This document shows, piece after piece, positions 47,173-55,602 of a stretch of 64,000 nucleotides of DNA. Numbering within the stretch: the stretch's first letter is position 1; each line of letters starts with the position of its first letter. The position numbers and the translations under genes are program-made. This stretch comes from Candidatus Falkowbacteria bacterium (GTDB lineage Bacteria; Patescibacteriota; Patescibacteriia; Patescibacteriales; Patescibacteriaceae). The stretch is from NCBI GenBank assembly GCA_903897785.1, contig CAIUCZ010000030.1, positions 18,212 through 82,211 on the forward strand. Reading direction: 5' to 3'. The notes under the pieces are model-generated. The model saw only the letters and a list, made by a program, of their open reading frames with translations. It had not been told where the DNA came from and ran no database searches.

Positions 47173-47949
47173 CTACGAAGCTTTAGCGGAGGAGAGCCCG
47201 TTGATCGAATCCATTTTGACCGTGTTCAGCACCTCCTGCACAGTCGTCATCAACTGCGCCGGGAAAATAATGGTGGAATTTTTCTCCACACTAATCTCGG
47301 ACAAAGTCTGCAAAGTGCGCAGCTGCAAAGCAATCGGATGATTCATAATAATATCCGCCGCTTGGCCAAGCTTGACCGCCGCCTGGAACTCGCCCTCGGC
47401 CGCCACAATCTTGGCCCGGCGTTCACGCTCGGCTTCGGCTTCTTTGGCCATGGCCCGCTGCATATTATCCGGTAAAGTAATATCCTTGATTTCCACAGCT
47501 GTTACCTGCGCGCCCCACGGTTCGGTGTGGGTATCAATCACGTTTTTTATTTTTTCATTAATCTCCGAGGTCTGCGACAACAACTGATCCAGCTGGAATT
47601 GACCGACAACATTACGCACTGTCGTCTGGCTGATTTGGTTGACCGCGTCATAAACATTTTCAATCCCGACCACAGATTTTTGCGGATCGACAATGTGGTA
47701 ATAAGCCACGGCGGCAATGTCGATCGAAACATTGTCTTTGGTAATAATTTTTTGCGACGGGATGTTCATGGTAACGGTGCGCAAAGTAGCCCGGCTCATC
47801 TGTTCAAAAATCGGAATCAAAAAAATCAAGCCCGGTCCGCGCACACCCGTGCAACGCCCGAGGAAAAAGATGACTCCCCGCTCGTATTCTTTGAGCACGC
47901 GCAAAGAATAGAAAAACAGAATCACGACTACCGCTAGAAAGTACCACAT
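47173..47949 (-). CDS. SPFH/band-7 (slipin) protein
   Basis: [36 protein letters not shown]. Confidence 0.93.
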   Translation of the reverse strand: MWYFLAVVVILFFYSLRVLKEYERGVIFFLGRCTGVRGPGLIFLIPIFEQMSRATLRTVTMNIPSQKIITKDNVSIDIAAVAYYHIVDPQKSVVGIENVYDAVNQISQTTVRNVVGQFQLDQLLSQTSEINEKIKNVIDTHTEPWGAQVTAVEIKDITLPDNMQRAMAKEAEAERERRAKIVAAEGEFQAAVKLGQAADIIMNHPIALQLRTLQTLSEISVEKNSTIIFPAQLMTTVQEVLNTVKMDSINGLSSAKAS

Positions 47950-48080
47950 AAAGTTAATATTAGTTTAGCCTCAAATAGGCTAATTCACTAGCTTTAAGTC
48001 TAGCCCTTTGCCGACAAAATGCAAGCGAGTAATAAAAAAGCCGTCCCAACGTCCGTCGGAATGGCTTAAAACGCTTTTTG

Positions 48081-48509
48081 TCAATGCTTGATGACCCATT
48101 TTTGATAAATGTCCTCAAAAACCTGAAAACAGTCTTTGTTCCGCTCGCGCAGATAATAATCATCAAATCCGCCTGTCAAATCAATTTTACCGACGGTTTC
48201 GGTCAACAAGATTATCGGAAAATCGCCTGTTCGTTTATTTCGGATATTACGAACAATGACATTAGCGCTAATCGGCACATCGTGACCGATTACCATGTTA
48301 TTGGAAATAACCAGCACCGTCGGCTCTTCTTTGGTCAGAGCCAATTCCAGATCCATCATGGTGGGCCAAAATTCCACGTCATAAGGCGTGGGGCGCACAT
48401 CTTCAAAAGTAACAACTTCGTGCCAAACGCGTTCATTCAAATATTGTTCCGGCACGTGCTCGTAGCCTTTGGACAAACCGACTACGATTTTACATCTTTC
48501 ATTCATCAC
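48081..48509 (-). CDS. Orphan protein, possibly degenerate receiver-like fold
   Basis: TTGACA-17-TAAAAT promoter, GAGGAG SD; IRNKRTGDFPIILLT...GFDDYY. Confidence 0.6.
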   Translation of the reverse strand: MMNERCKIVVGLSKGYEHVPEQYLNERVWHEVVTFEDVRPTPYDVEFWPTMMDLELALTKEEPTVLVISNNMVIGHDVPISANVIVRNIRNKRTGDFPIILLTETVGKIDLTGGFDDYYLRERNKDCFQVFEDIYQKWVIKH

Positions 48510-48644
48510 GTCTCCTCTGGTTTAATTTAAAATAACTAATTTCTGGTCATAATTTACGATTAATCTGACACCCTGTCAATAGTTGACTTTTTTTGTAAAT
48601 TATTCTTTAATTAAAGCCGACTGTTCTTTCAAACTGAGGTTGCC

Positions 48645-48923
48645 ATGAACAAAAAATACAAAACTTCGATTACCATTCAATCCCTCAAACCGCTGGCCAA
48701 GGTAATCTTCTACCCGCCGCTGGCCATAATCGGCCTACTACTGGCGCTTTATTTACTCGCCGGCATCGGTTTGGCAATTTATTGGCTTATTTCCACTCTG
48801 TGGTATATTTTTTTGCCGCTGATCGCCGTCCTTATCGTCTGGTTTATTATTGCCTTTATTAAAAGCTTTTTCAGTAGTAGTGATGATTCTTACGTCGATT
48901 CGGTTGAGCCATGGATTTGGTAA
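48645..48923 (+). CDS. Small orphan membrane protein
   Basis: GAGG SD, two TM segments, promoter upstream. Confidence 0.65.
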   Translation: MNKKYKTSITIQSLKPLAKVIFYPPLAIIGLLLALYLLAGIGLAIYWLISTLWYIFLPLIAVLIVWFIIAFIKSFFSSSDDSYVDSVEPWIW

Positions 48924-48928
48924 AAACA

Positions 48929-48956
48929 AAAATCCCGATTCTTTCGGGATTTTTTT
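48929..48956. terminator. Bidirectional intrinsic terminator
   Basis: AAAATCCCGA-loop-TCGGGATTTT. Confidence 0.65.
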
Positions 48957-48999
48957 AATTTTATTCGGCGCAAAAGCGCCGGACGGTCAACGGTTCAAC

Positions 49000-49194
49000 T
49001 CAACCGTTGTTGGGCTTGCTTTGTTCGATTCGCTCCCAGATGCCGACTGCTTTCAAGCCGACCAAGGCGATAAAGATGACTATGCCGAACGGACCGAACA
49101 GCATAAAAAACAACCAAGCAAAAAAAATAATCACGGCGACAATGCCTAAAAGCTTTCGCCAATTGCCTGTAATTCGACTCAATTGAAATCTCAT
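49000..49194 (-). CDS. Small orphan membrane protein
   Basis: AAGGA SD, TTGCTA-17-TACCAT promoter, two TM segments. Confidence 0.6.
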   Translation of the reverse strand: MRFQLSRITGNWRKLLGIVAVIIFFAWLFFMLFGPFGIVIFIALVGLKAVGIWERIEQSKPNNG

Positions 49195-49289
49195 TTTAAA
49201 AATCCTTTCTTACAAAGAACAACAAATCTGCTATTTTTATGGTAACAAAAAGGTTTATTTTTAGCAAATTTCCAGGCAAAATCGTGCCA

Positions 49290-49318
49290 TTGACAAGATT
49301 ATAAATTTCTGCTATCCT
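49290..49318 (+). promoter_or_regulatory. Sigma70 promoter of cold-shock gene (long 5' UTR)
   Basis: TTGACA-17-TATCCT, ~135 nt upstream of ATG. Confidence 0.6.
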
Positions 49319-49375
49319 TAGAGCTAAGTAAATTAATTTAGAAAAATCGTCGAGCTTCACAAATTTTTTTCTTTG

Positions 49376-49429
49376 CCTCGCCATAGCTCCATCGGAGCGA
49401 AGGCGGGCTTCGTCCGCCGATGAGGCGGA
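49376..49429 (+). repeat. Two tandem family H elements in csp 5' UTR
   Basis: CCTCGCCATAGCTCCATCGGAGCGAAGGCGGG + CTTCGTCCGCCGATGAGGCGGA. Confidence 0.7.
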
Positions 49430-49454
49430 AACTTATTAAATTAGCTTCAAAACA

Positions 49455-49652
49455 ATGAACGGTGTTATCAAAAAAAAGACTGACAAGGGTTTTGGTTTCA
49501 TTACCCCGGAAGGTCAAACTACCGATTTATTCTTTCACAGCAACAACTTGGTTGGCATCACTTTTGACCAACTTCAAGAAGGTGACCGTGTTACTTTTGA
49601 AAGCGAACAATCCCCGAAGGGTTTGAACGCGGTCAATGTGCAAAAAGCGTAA
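49455..49652 (+). CDS. cspA: Cold-shock domain protein
   Basis: KGFGFI (RNP1), LFFH (RNP2). Confidence 0.93.
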   Translation: MNGVIKKKTDKGFGFITPEGQTTDLFFHSNNLVGITFDQLQEGDRVTFESEQSPKGLNAVNVQKA

Positions 49653-49677
49653 AGACGCAAAATCTTGCGTCTCTACA
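49649..49677. repeat. Family G GTAG-type REP overlapping csp stop
   Basis: GTAAAGACGCAAAATCTTGCGTCTCTACA. Confidence 0.8.
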
Positions 49678-49694
49678 TTTTGTAGAATAAACCA

Positions 49695-49727
49695 AAAACT
49701 CCCCCGATGAAAATCGAGGGAGTTTTT
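49695..49727. terminator. Bidirectional intrinsic terminator
   Basis: AAAAACTCCC..GGGAGTTTTT between csp and rpsI. Confidence 0.7.
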
Positions 49728-49729
49728 GT

Positions 49730-49769
49730 TTTAAAACGCCGCCCCGGCAAAACGTCGGGACGGCGAGGC
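49730..49769. repeat. Family I hairpin
   Basis: TTTAAAACGCCGCCCCGGCAAAACGTCGGGACGGCGAGGC resembles reverse complement of the 47018 copy. Confidence 0.65.
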
Positions 49770-49791
49770 AGAATTATTTTTTATTACAAAA

Positions 49792-49819
49792 GTAGAGACG
49801 CATCGCCATGCGTCTCTAC
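49792..49819. repeat. Family G GTAG-type REP
   Basis: GTAGAGACGCATCGCCATGCGTCTCTAC. Confidence 0.8.
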
Positions 49820-49863
49820 GCGTAATATTTTATTGCGACAATCAGACATCCGAAATCCGATAT

Positions 49864-50301
49864 CTATCGCTTGGCCCACTGTGGCGCGCGTCTGGCTTTT
49901 TTCAAACCCGGTTTCTTTCTTTCCTTTTCTCTGGCATCGCGAGTCATCAAATCTTTGGCTTTCAAGGCCGGTTTTAATTCAGGATCAAATTTGACCAAAG
50001 CGCGAGTAATGCCGTGGCGGACCGCTTCGGCCTGGCCGACTTTGCCGCCGCCTTTAACCAAAACAGAAAAATCAAACGTTTTTTGATTGGTCAATTTCAA
50101 AGATTGCAAAACAATTTCCTGTTCATTGTCGGCCGGGAAATATTTTTCCAAAGGCATGCCGTTAATGACAACTTTGTTGCTCCCGCCCTCGTATAAACGA
50201 ACTTGGGCGCTGGCACGTTTGCGCCGACCGATGGAACTAATATATTTAGTTGCCGGCATCGCAATCGTCTCTTCGGTTTTACTGACAGTTTTAGTAGCCA
50301 T
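49864..50301 (-). CDS. rpsI: 30S ribosomal protein S9
   Basis: GRRKRASA, GGGKVGQAEA, KARRAPQWAKR. Confidence 0.98.
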   Translation of the reverse strand: MATKTVSKTEETIAMPATKYISSIGRRKRASAQVRLYEGGSNKVVINGMPLEKYFPADNEQEIVLQSLKLTNQKTFDFSVLVKGGGKVGQAEAVRHGITRALVKFDPELKPALKAKDLMTRDAREKERKKPGLKKARRAPQWAKR

Positions 50302-50303
50302 AA

Positions 50304-50660
50304 TTATTTGATGTTTAATCTTTTCAACATGCCGTTGCGCAAACGATTATCCGGCAACATCTCCCGCACGGCGCGAAAAATAATATCACCCGGATTATTT
50401 TTATTAATCTCGGACATTTTTTTGGTTTTGAGGCCGCCCGGATAACCGGAAAAGCTGTAATAAACGCGTTGGCCCAATTTTTTGCCGCTGAATTTCAGTT
50501 TATCGGCGTTAATCACTTCCACGATATCACCATTGTCGATATGAGGCTGATAGCTGACTTTGTGTTTACCGCGCAGCACCGTGGCGATTCTGGTCGCCAA
50601 ACGGCCGACGGTTTGATCGGTAGCGTCAAATTTTTGAATTTTTCTTGAAATTTCTGGCAT
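50304..50660 (-). CDS. rplM: 50S ribosomal protein L13 (short form, 118 aa)
   Basis: GRLAT.IA..LRGKHK..YQPH.D.GD, SGYPGG. Confidence 0.97.
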   Translation of the reverse strand: MPEISRKIQKFDATDQTVGRLATRIATVLRGKHKVSYQPHIDNGDIVEVINADKLKFSGKKLGQRVYYSFSGYPGGLKTKKMSEINKNNPGDIIFRAVREMLPDNRLRNGMLKRLNIK

Positions 50661-50664
50661 AGTT

Positions 50665-51015
50665 TTAAACTAATTCTAATTGCACCATTTGGGCGCCGTC
50701 ACCAACCCGCTTGCTTAGACGAATAATGCGCGTATAACCACCCGGGCGTTCGGCGTACCGTTTGCCTAAAACATCCATCGCTTTTTTGACAGCCAATGGT
50801 TGAGGCAAGTTGGAAATTAAACTGCGGCGAGCCGTCAAATCACCGGTCTTGGCCGTGGTGATCATTTTTTCTACCAAAGGTTTGCACGCTTTGGCTTTGG
50901 CTTCGGTCGTTTTGATTTTCTCGTACAACAAAAGACTGGCCGCCATGTTTCTTAACATCATTTCGCGAGCTGCTTTCGGTCTGTCTAAAATTACTCCTTT
51001 GTTGCGATGGCGCAT
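50665..51015 (-). CDS. rplQ: 50S ribosomal protein L17
   Basis: MRHR, IKTTEAKAK, RPGGYTRI. Confidence 0.98.
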   Translation of the reverse strand: MRHRNKGVILDRPKAAREMMLRNMAASLLLYEKIKTTEAKAKACKPLVEKMITTAKTGDLTARRSLISNLPQPLAVKKAMDVLGKRYAERPGGYTRIIRLSKRVGDGAQMVQLELV

Positions 51016-51020
51016 ATAAT

Positions 51021-51092
51021 TAATACGGATCTACGAATTACGTTGGACTTGCTTCTGCCAAGACAGAGGCAAACACTACGAAACTACGAATT
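51021..51092. repeat. Family E half arm with nested hairpin
   Basis: CTACGAAT units interrupted by TTGCTTCTG-CCAAGA-CAGAGGCAA. Confidence 0.6.
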
Positions 51093-51102
51093 TTTAATTA
51101 TT

Positions 51103-51939
51103 TTAATTATTACTTAACTCGTCCGCCGAAGAGGCGGAATCTGCTTTTTTCTTTCTGGTTCTCTTAGGTTTTTCAACTTCCGCTTCGCTTGTCGTTTCAT
51201 CAACCGGAACTTCCACAACGGCCGGCGCTTCCACCGTCAAACCCTCTTCGGCCAAAGCGACCACGGCATTAAACTGTTCCACCAAAATTTTGGCGGAGGC
51301 GGCAAAAGCGGCCTGCGGTTCAATCGTGCCGTCGGTGGTGATGGACAAAACCAATTTGTCCCAATCGGTCATTTTACCGACGCGGGTATTTTCCACGTTC
51401 AAAGCGACATTCAAAATCGGAGAGAATATGGAATCAATTTCAATATAACCGATTTCGCTGGCTTTGTTCTCGCGATTTTCCACCTGTTCATAGCCGAGGC
51501 CCCGCGAGACAAAAATTTCCATTTCTAATTTACCGGCCATGTCGGTGATATTGGCCAAAACCAAATCAGGATTAACCACCTGCACTTCGGCATTTTTCTT
51601 AATATCGCCGGCTTTGATTTGCTTTTCACCATGAACTTCTAATTCCAAGCGAACCACCGGCTCTTCGGAAAAATATTTAAAACGCAATTGCTTCAAATTC
51701 AAAATCATCTGCAAAATATCTTCTTTGACATGCGGGATGGCCATAAATTCATGATCCACGCCGGCGATTTTGACACCGATCACCGCCGAACCGGGCAAAC
51801 TGGCCAACAACACGCGGCGCAAGGAATTGCCCAAAGTCGCGCCATAGCCGGGATTTAACGGCTCAACGATAATATCAGCTTGGTTGGGCGTTGCACCCGG
51901 AACCACTTCAATTTTCTTTGGTAAAGCAATACTTTGCAT
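51103..51939 (-). CDS. rpoA: RNA polymerase alpha subunit, lacking alpha-CTD
   Basis: EPLNPGYGATLGNSLRRVLL, HEF, VENTRVG; low-complexity tail after ~aa 230. Confidence 0.96.
   Translation of the reverse strand: MQSIALPKKIEVVPGATPNQADIIVEPLNPGYGATLGNSLRRVLLASLPGSAVIGVKIAGVDHEFMAIPHVKEDILQMILNLKQLRFKYFSEEPVVRLELEVHGEKQIKAGDIKKNAEVQVVNPDLVLANITDMAGKLEMEIFVSRGLGYEQVENRENKASEIGYIEIDSIFSPILNVALNVENTRVGKMTDWDKLVLSITTDGTIEPQAAFAASAKILVEQFNAVVALAEEGLTVEAPAVVEVPVDETTSEAEVEKPKRTRKKKADSASSADELSNN
51118..51138 (+). repeat. Family H element in-frame (21 nt) in rpoA tail
   Basis: CTCGTCCGCCGAAGAGGCGGA vs intergenic TTCGTCCGCCGATGAGGCGGA (49409). Confidence 0.75.
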
Positions 51940-51946
51940 AAAATTT

Positions 51947-52076
51947 TGGAATCTGGAAGCTGGAATCTGGAATCTGGAGCCTGCCTGCCGGCAGGCGGGT
52001 TTTAATTCTCCAAATTCTAAATTCCAAATTCCAAATTCTTGTTTGTATATTTGTAATAATTTGTATTTGTAGTAAT
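51947..52076. repeat. Family C hairpin with nested CCTGCCTGCCGGCAGGCGGG, followed by family F half arm
   Basis: Direct reading; fills the rpsD-rpoA gap. Confidence 0.85.
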
Positions 52077-52077
52077 T

Positions 52078-52704
52078 TTATTTTGAATAAAACTCGACAA
52101 TCATCTGCGTCTTAACGGATTTGTCCAAATCATCAACAGTCGGCGCGTGTAAAACTTTGCCCGTTTTTTCCATCGGATCAAAGTTCAGCCAACCGGGCAC
52201 GTAATTATCTTTCATTTTGTCGGCCAAATCGGCAAACGTTTTTTTGTTTTGTTTATTTTTCTTGATAGCAATAATATCGCCTGGTTTAACTTGATAAGAC
52301 GGGATATCGACTAGTTTGCCGTTGACAGTGAACATGCCGTGGCTGACCAACTGGCGAGCCGCCGGACGAGATTTGCAAAAGCCAAAACGATAAACGGTGT
52401 TGTCCAAACGAGTTTCCAGCAAGCGCAATAAATTCTCACCGGCATCACCCAAATTTTTGGCCTTGTCAAAAGTCAATTTAAATTGTTTTTCGCGCATGCC
52501 ATAGGTCCATTTTAAACCTTGTTTAACGCGCAGCATCTGGCCGTATTCGCTCAGCTTCTTGACGCGTTTGGCGCCATGAATACCCGGAGGCGTGGCGCCG
52601 GTAGCCATCGGGCACTTAGCCGTCTTGCAGCGTTCACCTTTTAACATCAATTTTTGACCTTCACGTCGGCATAAGCGACATTGGGCGTTGGTAAGAGTAG
52701 TCAT
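52078..52704 (-). CDS. rpsD: 30S ribosomal protein S4 (Zn-binding Cys form)
   Basis: CRLCRREG, PPGIHG, LETRLDN, ARQLVSHG. Confidence 0.98.
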   Translation of the reverse strand: MTTLTNAQCRLCRREGQKLMLKGERCKTAKCPMATGATPPGIHGAKRVKKLSEYGQMLRVKQGLKWTYGMREKQFKLTFDKAKNLGDAGENLLRLLETRLDNTVYRFGFCKSRPAARQLVSHGMFTVNGKLVDIPSYQVKPGDIIAIKKNKQNKKTFADLADKMKDNYVPGWLNFDPMEKTGKVLHAPTVDDLDKSVKTQMIVEFYSK

Positions 52705-52709
52705 AAGTT

Positions 52710-53267
52710 TTAAATCCTTCTCGGCTTACGGCCGCGGCAACCATTATGCGGCACCGGGGTGATATCTTTGATAAAAGTAATGTTCAGGCCATTGGCATTC
52801 AAAGCGCGCACGGCTGATTCACGACCGGTCCCTACGCCTTTAACAAACACGCCGACTTCTTGCAAGCCAAACTCTTTGGCTTTTTCCACGGCAATGCGCA
52901 CAATAATCTGCGCGGCGTATGGCGTGGACTTTTTCGGGCCTTTAAAACCGGCCAAACCGGCATTCGCCCAAGAAATCACATTACCGACCGGATCAGTCAA
53001 AGTAACGATCGTGTTGTTATAAGTGGAGTTGATAAACGCTTTGCCGCTGGTCACTTTGGCTTGAGCTTGCTTTTTTTTCTTTTTGCTCTTGCTGGCCAAG
53101 CGCGCGGCTTTGGATTTTTCCAATTTCTTTTTGATTTCTTCCGGCAGCTCTTCCAACTGGGCGCCATTATTCGACGGCACAGGCATTTCCGCTTGGTCCG
53201 GGGCTTGTAAATCTATCTTTTCTGTTTGATCGCCGAGTTCATCGGTCAATTTAACTTCTTCGGTCAT
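52710..53267 (-). CDS. rpsK: 30S ribosomal protein S11 with long N-terminal extension
   Basis: [32 protein letters not shown]. Confidence 0.97.
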   Translation of the reverse strand: MTEEVKLTDELGDQTEKIDLQAPDQAEMPVPSNNGAQLEELPEEIKKKLEKSKAARLASKSKKKKKQAQAKVTSGKAFINSTYNNTIVTLTDPVGNVISWANAGLAGFKGPKKSTPYAAQIIVRIAVEKAKEFGLQEVGVFVKGVGTGRESAVRALNANGLNITFIKDITPVPHNGCRGRKPRRI

Positions 53268-53274
53268 ACGATTC

Positions 53275-53343
53275 GGAATTTGGAATTTGGAATTTAGAAT
53301 TTGGATTTTATCTCCAGATTCCAGATTCCAGATTCTAAATTCT
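53275..53343. repeat. Family C hairpin
   Basis: GGAATTTGGAATTTGGAATTTAGAAT...TCCAGATTCCAGATTCCAGATTCTAAATTC. Confidence 0.85.
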
Positions 53344-53383
53344 GTTGTTTAAGTTTTAAATCTTAAATTTATATAATTTGTTT

Positions 53384-53409
53384 TGACTTGTGACTAACGA
53401 CTAGTGACT
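53384..53409. repeat. Family D half arm
   Basis: TGACTTGTGACTAACGACTAGTGACT. Confidence 0.6.
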
Positions 53410-53411
53410 TT

Positions 53412-53804
53412 TTACGTTTTTTGTCCGGCCACTTTTCTGCCGGAACCCATGGTCCGACGTTTGTTGCCGCGCAAAGTGCGGTTATTGGTCTTAGTGCGCT
53501 GGCCGCGAGACGGCAAGCCTTTGGTGTGACGCGTTCCGCGATAGCTGCCGATTTCTTTTAACCGTTTAATGTTGCCGGCCACTTCGCGCCGTAAATCGCC
53601 TTCCACCTTAAACTGCTTTTCAATCATGTTGCGCAATAAGTTGGCTTGTTCGTCAGTCAAATCTTTAACGCGAACATCAGGACTAATCTTGGTACTGGCT
53701 AAAATTTTGTCTGACGTATAGCGGCTAATGCCGTAAATATAAGTCAACGCGATCTGCACGCGTTTGTCATTGGGAATTGTTACACCGGAGATACGAACGG
53801 CCAT
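53412..53804 (-). CDS. rpsM: 30S ribosomal protein S13
   Basis: [23 protein letters not shown]. Confidence 0.98.
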   Translation of the reverse strand: MAVRISGVTIPNDKRVQIALTYIYGISRYTSDKILASTKISPDVRVKDLTDEQANLLRNMIEKQFKVEGDLRREVAGNIKRLKEIGSYRGTRHTKGLPSRGQRTKTNNRTLRGNKRRTMGSGRKVAGQKT

Positions 53805-53807
53805 ACT

Positions 53808-53897
53808 AGTTAAAAATTAAAAGTTATAAAGTCGTTAGTCATTAGTCGTTAGTCAAGAATAAAAAATTAAAGACTAACAACTAACGACTAACGACTA
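53808..53897. repeat. Family B half arm fused to family D hairpin
   Basis: AAAAGTTATAAAGTCGTTAGTCATTAGTCGTTAGTC...GACTAACAACTAACGACTAACGACT. Confidence 0.8.
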
Positions 53898-53899
53898 TT

Positions 53900-54013
53900 T
53901 TATCCTTGTCTCTGTTTATGTTTTGGATTTTTACAAATAACACACACCCGGCCTTTGCGGCGGATAGTCTCACAATCTTTACAAATTTTTTTCACTGAAG
54001 CTCTGACTTTCAT
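53900..54013 (-). CDS. rpmJ: 50S ribosomal protein L36
   Basis: [37 protein letters not shown] (hand translation). Confidence 0.97.
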   Translation of the reverse strand: MKVRASVKKICKDCETIRRKGRVCVICKNPKHKQRQG

Positions 54014-54021
54014 AATAAATA

Positions 54022-54095
54022 AGTCGTTAGTCGTTAGTCACAAGTCGTCAGTCAATTTTGACTTCCGGCTAACGACTTGCGACTTATAACTTTAA
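54022..54095. repeat. Family D hairpin plus short family B arm
   Basis: AGTCGTTAGTCGTTAGTCACAAGTCG...CTAACGACTTGCGACTTATAACTTT. Confidence 0.8.
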
Positions 54096-54097
54096 AT

Positions 54098-54325
54098 CTA
54101 CATTCTATAAGTAATGCGTCCTTTGCCTAAATCGTAAGGACTTATTTGAATTTTAACGCGGTCACCAAAAGCCAGCCGGATCTTGTTCATCCGCATTTTG
54201 CCGGAGAGATGAGCCAATATTTCATGGCCGTTATCCAATTTTACTTTAAACGAGGCAGAAGGCAGGATTTCTTCAATCTGACCTATAACCTCTATAAATT
54301 CTTTGGAAGCTTCTTCGTGAGCCAT
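54098..54325 (-). CDS. infA: Translation initiation factor IF-1
   Basis: [22 protein letters not shown]. Confidence 0.98.
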   Translation of the reverse strand: MAHEEASKEFIEVIGQIEEILPSASFKVKLDNGHEILAHLSGKMRMNKIRLAFGDRVKIQISPYDLGKGRITYRM

Positions 54326-54411
54326 TAAATAACAAAAAAGTTTGTTAAAACTTATGTTTAACTAAAGTTAAAAAAATGAATAACCTGGATTAGTTATAAA
54401 TTCTATGGCTC

Positions 54412-54440
54412 ATTATATGGTTAAAGCAAAATTATGTCAA
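54412..54440 (-). promoter_or_regulatory. Consensus sigma70 promoter of infA-rpsI operon
   Basis: TTGACA-17-TATAAT. Confidence 0.8.
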
Positions 54441-54684
54441 GAGTTAGCCCAAAAATAAGTTTATGGAGTTTTTTAACTAAAGTTAGGTAAAAAAAATTGC
54501 TGATTTTTGGAGCAAAATCGACGCTGGGCATAAGTTTTCAGAATTTTAAAGTTTTTCCACGTTAAATCATTTTCAGCCGCTAGCCGTTGACAAAATAATA
54601 AGGACGTGATATAAACAAGACAATACTTTGACAATACTTTGACAATTAGCTGTTAAATTTTCGTACCATTTTAGGAGACTTACC

Positions 54685-55014
54685 GTGAAAAAAATTTTTC
54701 TCATTTCCGCTATTCTGTTGACTGTTTTTACGTCATGTGATGAACGTTGTCCAAGTTCAGAAGAACTTCAATTTTTTCTTCAACAACAAGGAGATTTTCA
54801 AGAAATTATTGTTTGTTTTTCATGCAAAGTGGCGCCAGGCAATACAAAAACTGTTTTCATTGAGCCAACTTCTGAATTACAATATTTTAAGGGCAATGAA
54901 AATAGCCCTGTTGGATATACAATAATTTATAAAACAAAGCAACAAAACTTTAGATTAATTATTCTAAGTAGTACTTACCCTGTTTTTATTATTGCCAGCA
55001 AAGAATTAAAATAA
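54685..55014 (+). CDS. AT-rich orphan lipoprotein
   Basis: AGGAG SD, GTG start, MKKIFLISAILLTVFTS/C. Confidence 0.7.
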   Translation: MKKIFLISAILLTVFTSCDERCPSSEELQFFLQQQGDFQEIIVCFSCKVAPGNTKTVFIEPTSELQYFKGNENSPVGYTIIYKTKQQNFRLIILSSTYPVFIIASKELK

Positions 55015-55030
55015 ACAAAACTAAACTTAC

Positions 55031-55058
55031 AAAAGTCGGAAAATTAATCCGACTTTTT
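55031..55058. terminator. Bidirectional intrinsic terminator
   Basis: AAAAGTCGGA-loop-TCCGACTTTT. Confidence 0.7.
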
Positions 55059-55277
55059 TTATTTTTTCGCAAAATCGTCTTCTGCCAAATTCGCTTGGCG
55101 CAAAATTGAGCGAAAAGTGCCATAAAGCACATCTTTGCCGTGAATCGGCACAATCACCGTTAACGTCTCGCCGTTTGTTTTTCTATATTTGGCATGCGAA
55201 CCGGTTTGAGAAATAAAAACAAAGCCCTTGCTTGCAAGGACTCTTATTACTAAACGCAGAGTATACGATTTAGGCAT
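55059..55277 (-). CDS. hicA: HicA-family toxin
   Basis: GF....QTGSH, VIVPIH, GTFRSILRQA. Confidence 0.88.
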   Translation of the reverse strand: MPKSYTLRLVIRVLASKGFVFISQTGSHAKYRKTNGETLTVIVPIHGKDVLYGTFRSILRQANLAEDDFAKK

Positions 55278-55488
55278 ACTGCAAAGTGACCGAAGCAATC
55301 GCCGGTCTGGTTACCGCCGCTTTTTGCGGCAAGGGCATATCTTCGAAATACAAAGCCAAAGCATCTTGCAACATGGCCAGCGCCTCTTTTCTGGTTTTGC
55401 CAAAGCTGGAAACATCAACCGCCAAGCATTGGGCAATATAATGGTCGCCTTCTTTCCAAACAACTGATTTTAGATCTATTTTGCGCAT
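55270..55488 (-). CDS. hicB: HicB-family antitoxin (short, no DNA-binding domain)
   Basis: VWKEGDHYIAQC..VDVSSFGKTRKEAL.ML.DAL.LYFE. Confidence 0.88.
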   Translation of the reverse strand: MRKIDLKSVVWKEGDHYIAQCLAVDVSSFGKTRKEALAMLQDALALYFEDMPLPQKAAVTRPAIASVTLQYA

Positions 55489-55602
55489 AAAATTTAATTT
55501 GTTCAATTAAAATATTATAACACAAATAAAAAATAAATCAACTCAAGACTACGGCAAAGCAAAATTTGTTATGAAAAACCCGCTATCAATCAAGATAACG
55601 GG

